From the IMG/VR virus record IMGVR_UViG_2728369369_000003: a stretch of 64,000 nucleotides of DNA, one strand, 5' to 3'. The DNA is from a virus. Of this stretch, positions 27,923-36,532 are shown in pieces. Made by a program: the position numbers and the translations under genes. The notes under the pieces were generated by a model. That model was not told the DNA's origin. It saw only the letters and a program-made list of their open reading frames with translations, and ran no database searches. Every line of letters starts with the position of its first letter. The first letter of the stretch is position 1.

Positions 27923-29064
27923 GCTGCCTCCCCTGCTGCGCCCTGGCGCTGCTCAACTTCGGTCCAGATACTGTTCCAGCGCTTCTGCGCCCACTCCGGT
28001 GACATCTTGCCGACGTTTGCCATGCTGGCCGCCTTGCGGGCTGCCTGCTCCAGCGCTGACGGCTCACGCAGTGGGATACCGGATCCGATAAACCGGCGGA
28101 ACGCAGCATCACGCAGCGTGGTATCGCCCGAGGCGTGGTTATTACCGGTGGGTTTATTCAGCAGCTTGACGGTCAGCTCATCCCATTTTTCACGCAGCTT
28201 GCGCGGTGAGAGCACGTTCTGGCACCAGAAGCTATCCCGATTCACGACCTTGAAAAGTTCGCAGATATCCCGATGGCTACGGCCGTCAAGCTGGCGCATC
28301 AGGCGGACTTCGTTGGCCCATTCCGTCCAGTTGGGTTGGCGTGCGGTGGGGTTGATTACCTGGATACGTTGGAATATCCAGCCCGCGCAGTCGAGGTCTT
28401 CCTGAGTCCCCCAGGACTTACCGGATGGCGTGTAGACCACTGCTTCGGGGTGCTTAGCCAGAAAATCACTTTTCGACACGTCGGGGGATTCGCCAGAATT
28501 CCGCGACGAGAGGTTTTTATTCTCTGTAGTAATCTCTGTTGTATTCTCTGTTGTATTCTCTGTAGGATCATTAGGCCAACTTGACCCAATGGATCCGCCC
28601 ATGTTGACCTGATGCACAGTGTCATTTTGACCAGATGCATTATGGCAATTTGACCTAATGGATTTGGTCATTTTGACATTATCCATTTTGTCATTTTGAC
28701 CTAATGGGGAACCCTCACAAGAATCACCAACCTTTTTCGCCTTAATTAACTGATTTTCATAATTAATTGTGTAGTGACTAGTCATATCACGCTTCTTCTT
28801 GTTCAGCGACTCAATCCGAATAACTCCCATTTTTTTCAGTGATGAAAATGCCCGCCTGATCGTCGAATCAGACCAGAAAGGGAACTGCTTGGCCCACTCT
28901 TCTGGAGTGTTGTAAATCCAGCGCTGGCCACCGAAATCGACGCCTGACGTGGTTTCTTTCAGCCAGTAATGCAACTGCTGCAACACGATTGCCTCATTCA
29001 GGCCTATCGCCTCAGCTAGCTCAGGATTAACCACAATTGGCCGGCGTGTTAATAACAGGCTCAT
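27919..29064 (-). CDS. Phage replication initiator (O-like)
   Basis: GLNEAIVLQQLHYW N-terminal wHTH, internal iterons, WCQNVLSPRKLREKWDEL C-terminal domain. Confidence 0.88.
   Translation of the reverse strand: MSLLLTRRPIVVNPELAEAIGLNEAIVLQQLHYWLKETTSGVDFGGQRWIYNTPEEWAKQFPFWSDSTIRRAFSSLKKMGVIRIESLNKKKRDMTSHYTINYENQLIKAKKVGDSCEGSPLGQNDKMDNVKMTKSIRSNCHNASGQNDTVHQVNMGGSIGSSWPNDPTENTTENTTEITTENKNLSSRNSGESPDVSKSDFLAKHPEAVVYTPSGKSWGTQEDLDCAGWIFQRIQVINPTARQPNWTEWANEVRLMRQLDGRSHRDICELFKVVNRDSFWCQNVLSPRKLREKWDELTVKLLNKPTGNNHASGDTTLRDAAFRRFIGSGIPLREPSALEQAARKAASMANVGKMSPEWAQKRWNSIWTEVEQRQGAAGEAA
28521..28566. repeat. 12-bp repeats encoding TENT/TEIT, next to iterons
   Basis: ATTCTCTGTTGT-type units x3-4. 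Confidence 0.8.
28580..28707. promoter_or_regulatory. Iteron array / replication origin inside initiator gene
   Basis: Six copies of (GTCAT)TTTGACC(T)AATGG-like unit at ~21-26 bp spacing (28581, 28604, 28621, 28647, 28667, 28690). Confidence 0.8.
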
Positions 29065-29294
29065 CAGCCAACCCTCCGAAAACGGCTTTTAAAAATGGAT
29101 AGCGCGGTATCAATCGTCCACTTATAGGCGGGATCTGTTAGCTGATAGGTGACCAACTGCCTTTCTGTGCATGTCGAAACTACACGCACGATATGGCCAT
29201 GAGCGCCCATATACAGATGGCCAACCCTCGGAAACTTAACCATGCGCCCTCCCGTTCCCGTAAAACTCGCCCCATGCCGCATCAACCGCTGCAC
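29064..29294 (-). CDS. Small protein, DUF4222-like
   Basis: Size, position before initiator, F..RF.RV C-terminus. Confidence 0.6.
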   Translation of the reverse strand: MQRLMRHGASFTGTGGRMVKFPRVGHLYMGAHGHIVRVVSTCTERQLVTYQLTDPAYKWTIDTALSIFKSRFRRVG

Positions 29295-29433
29295 GACCGA
29301 CTACCAAGCCCCGGCGAGGTTGGTTGTTGCCTGACCGATTAGACGCCGCTACGATTTGCTCATAGCTCAGGCGGCCACCAACAATCCGGCACCGAAATTG
29401 CGTTGATGGACGTTTTGGGTTTAAAATGTTCAT
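29236..29433 (-). CDS. Hypothetical protein
   Basis: ORF in operon, GGAGA RBS before MNILNP. Confidence 0.5.
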   Translation of the reverse strand: MNILNPKRPSTQFRCRIVGGRLSYEQIVAASNRSGNNQPRRGLVVGRAAVDAAWGEFYGNGRAHG

Positions 29434-29437
29434 GCGT

Positions 29438-29977
29438 TTATCTCCACACAGAGTTATGCGCAACCGACGCACAGGGACGGCATTCCCTGTGCGTCACCCC
29501 TTCCATTGAAAACAACCACGAATTATTGACTGGCGCCCCATACAGAACCGAATGGGCGTAGAAGTGCATCGCAAAGCATCCCACCGAAGCCATAAATAAC
29601 GACGCCAAATCAGCAAACTCATCAGCGCAGATAACGCCATCAGAAGCCGCTTCTCGTTGTGCTTTCGCTAACTCACCACTGGCTATAGCATTGCGCTGTG
29701 CATAGTCATACAGCTCTACGTTGTCGATCTGCTCTGGTGCTGGAACCTCAAAGGTGGCATTCCCAACGCGAGCCGAACTGTACTCTGCAAACAGTTTCGT
29801 CCCCGACAAATCCTCCATCAGCTCTATCTCCGCCAACGTGAAGAACCGGCTAGCGCACTTCTGATCCAGGCGGTTGCGGAACGCGTCATAGGTCATGCCA
29901 AGCTGTGTGGCCATCGCCTTTTGGCCACCAGGAAATGCCTTGCACATCTCCTTGATCGTTGCCTTGATGTCTACCAT
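29438..29977 (-). CDS. YmfL/CII-like regulator
   Basis: FPGGQKAMATQLGMTYDAFRNRL HTH, directly after cro. Confidence 0.8.
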   Translation of the reverse strand: MVDIKATIKEMCKAFPGGQKAMATQLGMTYDAFRNRLDQKCASRFFTLAEIELMEDLSGTKLFAEYSSARVGNATFEVPAPEQIDNVELYDYAQRNAIASGELAKAQREAASDGVICADEFADLASLFMASVGCFAMHFYAHSVLYGAPVNNSWLFSMEGVTHRECRPCASVAHNSVWR

Positions 29978-30054
29978 CTCTTCTTCCCCTTGGTTGTTTC
30001 GATTTAATGTTTTTATGACTACTCTTAACCTTGAAGAGCAGGGTCTTCTGCGTT

Positions 30055-30270
30055 CTAAAACATTCCGGGATATAAAACATCTCTAGACAGCCCGGTAGCC
30101 TCTTCGTACTTGCGAACCTTTGCTACTGGCAGACGCCCCCCTCTCCGCTTGAGCATGTTGATAGCTTGGGGTGTTACGCCAATCTTCTCGGCCAGAACCC
30201 TCTGGGAGCCACCAACGGCATTAATAGCCAGATCAAGGGGAGTGACCGGACTTTGACTCTTGTTGATCAT
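30055..30270 (-). CDS. cro: Cro-like repressor
   Basis: 71-aa HTH (GSQRVLAEKIGVTPQAIN), divergent from cI. Confidence 0.88.
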   Translation of the reverse strand: MINKSQSPVTPLDLAINAVGGSQRVLAEKIGVTPQAINMLKRRGGRLPVAKVRKYEEATGLSRDVLYPGMF

Positions 30271-30292
30271 AAGGCACTCCGATTATATGAAA

Positions 30293-30365
30293 TCAACACC
30301 ATGTTAATTTGTCACGTTGATTAAATCAACATTATGATGATGGAAAAGAATAAACATTTTGTTTA
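30293..30365. promoter_or_regulatory. OR operators and pR
   Basis: 15-bp TCAACA-N3-TGTTGA-like sites at 30293, 30326, 30351; minus-strand TTGATT-N17-TAACAT (30329-30301). Confidence 0.8.
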
Positions 30366-30395
30366 CTGTTCTCCGTTGGACGGAGGGTGTTTACG

Positions 30396-31097
30396 ATGAA
30401 AGTTTCAGAAAGAATCAAATACTTGCTATCGGAAGAAGGGTTAAAGCAGAAAGAGCTTGCTGATTCTCTTTCAACCAGCCCTCAGACGGTAAACAACTGG
30501 ATAAAACGCGATTCAATAAGCAGGGAGGCAGCCCTGCAACTATCGGAAAAATTTGGATATTCTTTGGATTGGCTTCTGAATGGAACCGGAAACCCAAAGA
30601 AAGACATGGATGGGGAGATCCCGCCACAATCAGAATGGGGCAAAGTAAGCGCGTGGGACAACGCCACCCCATTGCCAAATGATGAGGTAGAAGTGCCATT
30701 CCTAAAGGACATCGAATTCGCCTGCGGTGATGGGTGCATTCAGGACGAAGATCACAACGGATATAAGCTGAGGTTCTCAAAATCAACCCTTCGCCGTGTT
30801 GGCGCTAACAGCGATGGTTCTGGAATTCTTTGCTTTCCTGCGAAAGGAGATAGCATGGAGCCATTCATACCAAATGGCTCTACAGTAGCCATTAACACGC
30901 TGGATAAGCGCATCATTGATGGGAAGGTCTATGCCATCAACCAAGATGGATGGAAGAGGCTAAAAGTGCTGTATCAAACCGGGCCTGATAAGCTAAGCAT
31001 CCGGAGCTTCAACAGCGAATCCCACCCTCCAGAAGAAGTCCAAATGAACGATGTCGAAATCATTGGTCGCATGTTCTGGTCTGCCATGATGTGGTAA
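30396..31097 (+). CDS. cI: CI repressor (HTH + S24 autopeptidase)
   Basis: HTH LKQKELADSL, FACGDG cleavage region, KGDSMEP catalytic Ser. Confidence 0.93.
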   Translation: MKVSERIKYLLSEEGLKQKELADSLSTSPQTVNNWIKRDSISREAALQLSEKFGYSLDWLLNGTGNPKKDMDGEIPPQSEWGKVSAWDNATPLPNDEVEVPFLKDIEFACGDGCIQDEDHNGYKLRFSKSTLRRVGANSDGSGILCFPAKGDSMEPFIPNGSTVAINTLDKRIIDGKVYAINQDGWKRLKVLYQTGPDKLSIRSFNSESHPPEEVQMNDVEIIGRMFWSAMMW

Positions 31098-31147
31098 TGG
31101 TAGTAGCAAAACATAGCTAATATCCTATAGAAATAGAACATTCCCAT

Positions 31148-31171
31148 ACCGGCTGCGCGCCGGTTTTTTTG
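31148..31171 (+). terminator. Terminator after cI
   Basis: ACCGGC-TGC-GCGCCGGT hairpin followed by T7. Confidence 0.7.
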
Positions 31172-31244
31172 ACATAATCAACACAAAAAAATCCACACTC
31201 TAAATCCGCCTTCCATCACTGCGCGCACCTCGCGATAAAAAATA

Positions 31245-31284
31245 TCAACATAATGTTGACTGTAAAATCAACATGGTGTTTAAT
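31245..31284 (+). promoter_or_regulatory. OL operators and pL
   Basis: Perfect palindrome TCAACATAATGTTGA (31245-31259), second site 31268-31282; TTGACT-N17-TTTAAT. Confidence 0.82.
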
Positions 31285-31376
31285 TGACTCATGCCCGGAA
31301 CGAAATGCTACAACAGACAGCGAACAGTCCGGAAACAGCCGAGATAGATCGATAGTAAAGTGAAGTGGAGGTGCAC

Positions 31377-31892
31377 ATGGAAAAGCAAGAGCCACAAGTA
31401 ATAGTCAACGGCATGTCAAATGATGAGCTGTTTCAGTGGGTAAAAGAAAAAGCCACAGCGGCTGCCGAACTTGAATCTGCACTTTCTCATAAGAGAGGGC
31501 TATTGTTCAGTCTGGAAATACTAGAGCTGGAAATAACCGGACTTACCAAAGCTGCAACATTAAATATTGTTGAAGATTTTGATGCTATCGCAGGTTCAGA
31601 GCAGACACATAATAAAAATGAGCCATTTAATGTTGCGTTGGGGCTCTCCATTAGTGATGTGAATGTACGTGAACATCACTTGCGTAAATCACCAATAATT
31701 AATAAAGTCCATGATATTAAGCTTAATAATGAATCAGAACCTAACTTGTTAATTATCAGCTCTGAAGTTTTGGAGAGCCTGAAAAATGGACTAGCAGCCA
31801 ATCATGTTAAGCCAACACCAGGAAACCTACGAGCAGTGATGGCTATTATTGAGCGGTCACTACCTGACGACGGAGTTGAGCTTTTCATCTAA
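31377..31892 (+). CDS. Hypothetical protein, first gene of pL operon
   Basis: GGAGG RBS before MEKQEP. Confidence 0.65.
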   Translation: MEKQEPQVIVNGMSNDELFQWVKEKATAAAELESALSHKRGLLFSLEILELEITGLTKAATLNIVEDFDAIAGSEQTHNKNEPFNVALGLSISDVNVREHHLRKSPIINKVHDIKLNNESEPNLLIISSEVLESLKNGLAANHVKPTPGNLRAVMAIIERSLPDDGVELFI

Positions 31893-32048
31893 AAACTCTT
31901 CGTACTTATCGTAAAGCTTTTGGATAGTTTGTATTGGATCGCGAGCGATTACCGGTCCTCTAGGTGAGGCCAATTGACCAGAGCGATACGCATTATGTGT
32001 ATCAACAGCAAGGCGCATTAAAAACATAACTTTTTCTTCATGAGTCAT
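31860..32048 (-). CDS. Hypothetical 62-aa cargo gene, antisense to pL
   Basis: ATG 11 bp downstream of repeat copy 1 with its minus-strand promoter. Confidence 0.7.
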   Translation of the reverse strand: MTHEEKVMFLMRLAVDTHNAYRSGQLASPRGPVIARDPIQTIQKLYDKYEEFLDEKLNSVVR

Positions 32049-32059
32049 AAGTAAGTATC

Positions 32060-32147
32060 TCTTGGTTGTGTAGGAATACCCAAGATACCACTGCCGCCTG
32101 AGGTGGTAAAACGATCAGGCTCTAATTTTAGCATGGAGACAACGCCG
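32060..32147 (-). repeat. Promoter/hairpin repeat copy 1 (30-bp perfect core 32085-32114)
   Basis: ATACCACTGCCGCCTGAGGTGGTAAAACGA identical to 32627-32656; minus strand TTTACC-N17-TATCTT with TG extension. Confidence 0.9.
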
Positions 32148-32174
32148 TCCAGGCGTGAAGATGAGGGGGGAGTT

Positions 32175-32498
32175 ATGGCAAAGACGGAAAGAGAAAACAA
32201 GAAAGTGACTTCTCTCCCGGCAGGCATGACGTTTAAGCCGCTGTATGAAAAATGTCCTTTATGTGGCTGTGATCTAAATCAACTGCCTAATGCCTTTGTA
32301 GATAAGGTAAATACCGATAGCGCAGAGGATAGTGCCAGTAAGACTGAATTTTCTTTTGAAGCCAGTACCAAGAAAGCGCTGACCCCAAACCTCTTCGATT
32401 TGTGTAAAGCGTGGATGATTCTTCCATTCTCCACAGCTAAGAAATACTCCACCAAGAGAAATAAAAAGCGTCTCATTGGTTGGAAGTTTTGGAAGTAA
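32175..32498 (+). CDS. Possible small CxxC protein whose 3' part overlaps the antisense membrane gene
   Basis: Strong GAGGGGG RBS before MAKTER, CPLCGC motif; 3' part may be shadow. Confidence 0.45.
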   Translation: MAKTERENKKVTSLPAGMTFKPLYEKCPLCGCDLNQLPNAFVDKVNTDSAEDSASKTEFSFEASTKKALTPNLFDLCKAWMILPFSTAKKYSTKRNKKRLIGWKFWK

Positions 32499-32591
32499 AC
32501 CAGCACCAGTTGAGAGAAAGATTACCGTACAGACAACTATCATAACTTTGTACCAGGAATCCAGCTCCAGTTTTGATAAAGGATTTTCCAT
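32274..32591 (-). CDS. Three-TM membrane cargo protein, antisense to pL
   Basis: MENPLSK start ~10 bp after repeat copy 2; three hydrophobic segments. Confidence 0.75.
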   Translation of the reverse strand: MENPLSKLELDSWYKVMIVVCTVIFLSTGAGLLPKLPTNETLFISLGGVFLSCGEWKNHPRFTQIEEVWGQRFLGTGFKRKFSLTGTILCAIGIYLIYKGIRQLI

Positions 32592-32601
32592 ATTTTCAGT
32601 T

Positions 32602-32690
32602 TCTTGGATGTGTGAGAACACCAAGAATACCACTGCCGCCTGAGGTGGTAAAACGACCAGGCACATAATTTACGTGTGGAGACAGCGCCG
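32602..32690 (-). repeat. Promoter/hairpin repeat copy 2 (30-bp perfect core 32627-32656)
   Basis: Minus strand TTTACC-N17-TATTCT then CTTGG...CCAAG hairpin, 542 bp from copy 1. Confidence 0.9.
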
Positions 32691-33130
32691 AACCGGCGGC
32701 ACCGTAGGGAAACCGAGCGCGGATATCCGGTAAAAATTGCCTTGTATCAGTTGGCGGCCCCTGCAGCATCAACACCAGGGGGCTTCTCGGGTCGCCGCCC
32801 TTTTTACAGCAGCATGAGTAGTTGGCCTTCGTGGGGCGTTGGCTGAGTGCTCATCCTGCTGTACTACGGGAAACCAACGGCCAGCTGGCGGTGCCGTTAT
32901 AACACCGGCAGTGATCGATGTGACTTCCAACGCAGGCGATCACCGGAGCCACACGATACGTGGCACACACAGAGAAGGGTTCTGGCTAACCTTAACTTAA
33001 GTATGAAGTAAGTTATTCAGTCTATCCGGCTAGAGCTCTTCTCTGTGTGAATCCCTTAGATGCCAATCGTGTTGATTATCCGTAATCAGCGCCGGGAACA
33101 CTCGTACCTAAAAAATGTGTGGAGATAACG

Positions 33131-34069
33131 ATGAAACTTGCTCAAATCAAAAATGCCATCGCCTATAAGGCGACGCTCCCTAACACTGAGAACCTGCTGG
33201 CTCACATGCAGGAGCAGCTGTTCACCGATGTTATAGAAACGGCGTTCCATGGATATGGCTTCGTGGCCAATGACATTACCGGTGAGATGATCACCCCGAT
33301 TACTGGCGGGTTTTCTTTCACTATTCGCTACGATGAAAAAGTGATCCCTGCGAAGGCGGTCGTCGCCAAACTCAGTGAACGCATTGCGGAGCTACAGGCA
33401 AAGAATTTGCTGGGTGAGAAAATTAGCCGTCCGGTGAAAAACGAACTCAAGCAAGCGGTCTTAGCCGAAATGTGCAAGACAGCATTTATAAAAACAACGC
33501 TTCTTACCTGCTACTACAACGAGGAAAATCACCTTCTGTTTGTAGATACGCCAAGCGCGAATATGGCCAACATGTGCATGCACCTATTGGTAAAGGTCAC
33601 TGGGTCCGTTAAAACCGAAACTATCAACATCAGCGACCCTAAGCACGGCCTGACAACTCGCCTGAAAAATTATCTGCAAAATAACATGCAGCCGTTTGAC
33701 GGATTCACTGTCGGAAATATGGTGCAACTCGGACGCATGGATGAGCAGAAAGAGGTGATTACATATTCAGAAACTGAGTTGTTCTCAATCTCCGATGAGA
33801 TCCTGAGTAAATTATCTGTATGCTTCACCGTCGAAAAACTTCGCCTGGTATTCAATGGCGATATTACGTTCGTCCTCACTAATAAATTTCACTTTAAGCA
33901 GATCAACCTCCTGTCAGATCCAGCCTATGAAGATGATGACGATCTCCCCTATCGCTGGCGCCATGAGGCGGGGCTAAAGCTATTCCTCCTGTCCAATATC
34001 GTCCTCGGTCTGGTTTCTGTTCTTGAGTACAAAAACGACGCTGAGAAAAACGCGGAGGCGTCAGCATGA
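33131..34069 (+). CDS. rdgC: Phage RdgC-like recombination-associated protein
   Basis: EKVIPAKAV...ELKQAVLAEMCKTAFIK pattern, ~310 aa. Confidence 0.78.
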   Translation: MKLAQIKNAIAYKATLPNTENLLAHMQEQLFTDVIETAFHGYGFVANDITGEMITPITGGFSFTIRYDEKVIPAKAVVAKLSERIAELQAKNLLGEKISRPVKNELKQAVLAEMCKTAFIKTTLLTCYYNEENHLLFVDTPSANMANMCMHLLVKVTGSVKTETINISDPKHGLTTRLKNYLQNNMQPFDGFTVGNMVQLGRMDEQKEVITYSETELFSISDEILSKLSVCFTVEKLRLVFNGDITFVLTNKFHFKQINLLSDPAYEDDDDLPYRWRHEAGLKLFLLSNIVLGLVSVLEYKNDAEKNAEASA

Positions 34070-34413
34070 GCAAATACAGAAAAGGCACCCTTTATCTACG
34101 CAAGATGAAGCCCAGCGATAAATCGAATGACTTTCGTATCTGTATGCGAATGGAGCTTTTCAGTGACAAAAAAGCCTGGAAACGCCCTGAAGAAATCAAG
34201 CCAGTAGTTCTTATTCGGCACGGTATGAAACGCATCGTAAGCGTATTCATGAACATGGATGACGCTTACGGATGTTTGATCAGCGGGGCGCTTGAAAAAC
34301 GGGCGCGCAACTCTCGGCACAACCCTAGCCGAGGTATGCGCTACACCAAAGGCGACATGAAGAAAGCGTTCCGCAAATGGGCATTAAAGCACAATCGTGG
34401 GGTAGCCAAATGA
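34066..34413 (+). CDS. Hypothetical basic protein
   Basis: ATGA overlaps at both ends. Confidence 0.7.
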   Translation: MSKYRKGTLYLRKMKPSDKSNDFRICMRMELFSDKKAWKRPEEIKPVVLIRHGMKRIVSVFMNMDDAYGCLISGALEKRARNSRHNPSRGMRYTKGDMKKAFRKWALKHNRGVAK

Positions 34414-35018
34414 CCGCACTCAACAAACAGGCGCTGCGTGAAGCGGCGGTAAACGCCAAAATAGCCGGAGAGGCTCCGGTTATGCCGTTCGATCAGCGGA
34501 TCGATGCGCTGAATTCGTTCACAAAGCTCCTTACCCCAGCTACGGCTATCGCACTGCTGGATGAAAACGAGTCGCTGGTGCGCGCCAACTCGGCCCAGGA
34601 CGATCACATCAATCAACAGCAAGACCGTATCGACCGACTTGAGAGAGGCAGCCATGAGGCCGCCAAGCAAATCAGCTCATGGCGCCAGATTGCCAAACAG
34701 AACATCGCTGAGCGAGAAAAAGACATTGCTGAGCTTTGTGCGGCCCGCCAGCGCATAGCAGAACTGGAGGAGGAACTCACAAATGTAAAAGCAAAAGCTT
34801 TGTATTGGGACGCAGACAACACCGAATCTTCTTATGAAGATCCAGCAGATATTTCCGGTGCGCTAGATCTTAACCCGGGTGATCATTTCTATGTTCAGGT
34901 GGCATATCTCGATAAAGACAAGGAATACATTGTCAACGATGATGGGTCAGTGTCCTGCACTCAACTAGTTAATAGCTGCGCTGTTACAGCTCAAAAGCTG
35001 CGGGAGGACAACGTATGA
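34410..35018 (+). CDS. Ead/Ea22-like protein
   Basis: MTALNKQALREAA start, TPATAIALLDE motif. Confidence 0.8.
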   Translation: MTALNKQALREAAVNAKIAGEAPVMPFDQRIDALNSFTKLLTPATAIALLDENESLVRANSAQDDHINQQQDRIDRLERGSHEAAKQISSWRQIAKQNIAEREKDIAELCAARQRIAELEEELTNVKAKALYWDADNTESSYEDPADISGALDLNPGDHFYVQVAYLDKDKEYIVNDDGSVSCTQLVNSCAVTAQKLREDNV

Positions 35019-35287
35019 CTGTCAAAAGTATCGCTGAAACGCACGGGATGGATGTCGATTTCGTACAATGGTTTTTCGATAACAAAAAAGATGGCGCTGG
35101 TAATGTGTGGTTCATCGTCTTGGCCGCCATGTGGGAAGCCCGCGACTACTATAAAAAGCGGGAGGCAGAGTTGCGCGCACAAGGTGTAGAGATGTTAGTA
35201 AAAACATGTAAGGAAAACGTCTGGTGTGAAGATGATGTGAATTTCATGCTTTGTTATGCCAAACAGCTGCGGGAGGCCAAAGCATGA
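35015..35287 (+). CDS. Hypothetical protein
   Basis: Coupled by ATGA overlaps; RAQGVE...YAKQLR Ea22-like tail. Confidence 0.65.
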   Translation: MTVKSIAETHGMDVDFVQWFFDNKKDGAGNVWFIVLAAMWEARDYYKKREAELRAQGVEMLVKTCKENVWCEDDVNFMLCYAKQLREAKA

Positions 35288-35949
35288 AAGATCTCCCTAT
35301 TATTTTCAACGACGAGATGGTTCGCGCCATCCTTTCAGGCACCAAGACCATGACCCGCCGGCCAGTGAAAGATCGGTGTTTGGAGTTATTTGAAGTCGCG
35401 GCCAGCGTAGGAGAGTGTCACTCGCTGCAATTTTGCGATATCGCAGACGAGCGCAGTCAGCCGTATTATCGCGAGTTTTGCCCGTTCGGTGCCGTCGGTG
35501 ATCGCCTGTGGGTGCGCGAGGCGTATCAGGGGCCACTATTCGATTACGAACAGATGGAGGCATATCTCGAAGACAATTCGAAATTTGAGAAGCAAGAATA
35601 TTGCGAATACAGGGCAGACGGGGGTTCTCGTCCTGAATATTACGACGGTGACGATAATCTTCGTCACGGTTGGCGTCCATCAATCCACATGCCTCGCTGG
35701 GCATCACGCATCACTCTGGAGATAACCGACGTCCGCGTAGAGCGCCTACAGGACATCACAGAGGGCGATGCGCGATCTGAGGGGGTAACACTCAGTAATC
35801 CGCGAATCCTGTCACACAGGGACGAATTCCGCCAGCTATGGGGTGATATCTATGGTTGTGACGGATGGCGTAGCAATCCCTGGGTGTGGGTGATCGCTTT
35901 TAAGCGTGTTGATACCGGCAGCGCTGCTGGCACCAGTAAGGGGGAGTGA
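35284..35949 (+). CDS. ASCH/PUA-like domain protein
   Basis: PIIFNDEMVRAILSGTKTMTRR, GDRLWVRE, WRPSIHMPRWASRITLEI. Confidence 0.8.
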   Translation: MKDLPIIFNDEMVRAILSGTKTMTRRPVKDRCLELFEVAASVGECHSLQFCDIADERSQPYYREFCPFGAVGDRLWVREAYQGPLFDYEQMEAYLEDNSKFEKQEYCEYRADGGSRPEYYDGDDNLRHGWRPSIHMPRWASRITLEITDVRVERLQDITEGDARSEGVTLSNPRILSHRDEFRQLWGDIYGCDGWRSNPWVWVIAFKRVDTGSAAGTSKGE

Positions 35950-35950
35950 G

Positions 35951-36097
35951 ATGACTGACATACCAAAGGGGTTCTGGAAAGAGTGGGGGCGCCTGTGCAG
36001 ATTGTGTGGCAAACGCCGCACCCGAACCTATGTTGGCACGCCGAAATTCCACTACGGCGCACTAAGCAAAGCCCAACAGATAAAATGGATTGACTAA
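35951..36097 (+). CDS. Hypothetical 48-aa protein
   Basis: GGGGAG RBS before MTDIPK. Confidence 0.45.
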   Translation: MTDIPKGFWKEWGRLCRLCGKRRTRTYVGTPKFHYGALSKAQQIKWID

Positions 36098-36100
36098 CCC

Positions 36101-36532
36101 ATGACCACTATTACCAAAGAGCGCCTGATCAAAATTCAGCAGTGGCGCGAAACATACGGCGCTGGCCATAACGTCATATTGCCAGCAGAGGAAGCGGCAG
36201 AGCTGGCGCGCATCGCTCTGGCGTCGCTGGAGGCTAAGCCGATAGCGTGGACTGACGAGGAAGAGTTGCGTGATGTTGAAAAAATCAGCTGCGGATACCT
36301 TTTTGCGGTAAGCCCTATAAGCGAAAACGCAGACCCTCGCCGGGTAATTTATCTCTACACCGCCCCTATCGCGCCAATGGTGCCGTATGAAATCCCGTTA
36401 GGATTAACTAGTCAAATTATTAACCTAATTTCCTCCGATCTACGCGGCCACAACTTGACTCAGAGAATATGGAACGCCTGCCGCGCGGCAATGATTGCAA
36501 CAGCACCACAGCAGGAGGCCAGCAATGACTAA
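36101..36532 (+). CDS. Eaa/Ead-like early protein
   Basis: MTTITKERL start, WNACRAAM motif. Confidence 0.72.
   Translation: MTTITKERLIKIQQWRETYGAGHNVILPAEEAAELARIALASLEAKPIAWTDEEELRDVEKISCGYLFAVSPISENADPRRVIYLYTAPIAPMVPYEIPLGLTSQIINLISSDLRGHNLTQRIWNACRAAMIATAPQQEASND

Noticed and set aside
30031-30040. boxA-like TGCTCTTCAA after cro as a nut site
   Set aside because: Imperfect match, no clear boxB, no matching site after pL and no N-like gene recognised.
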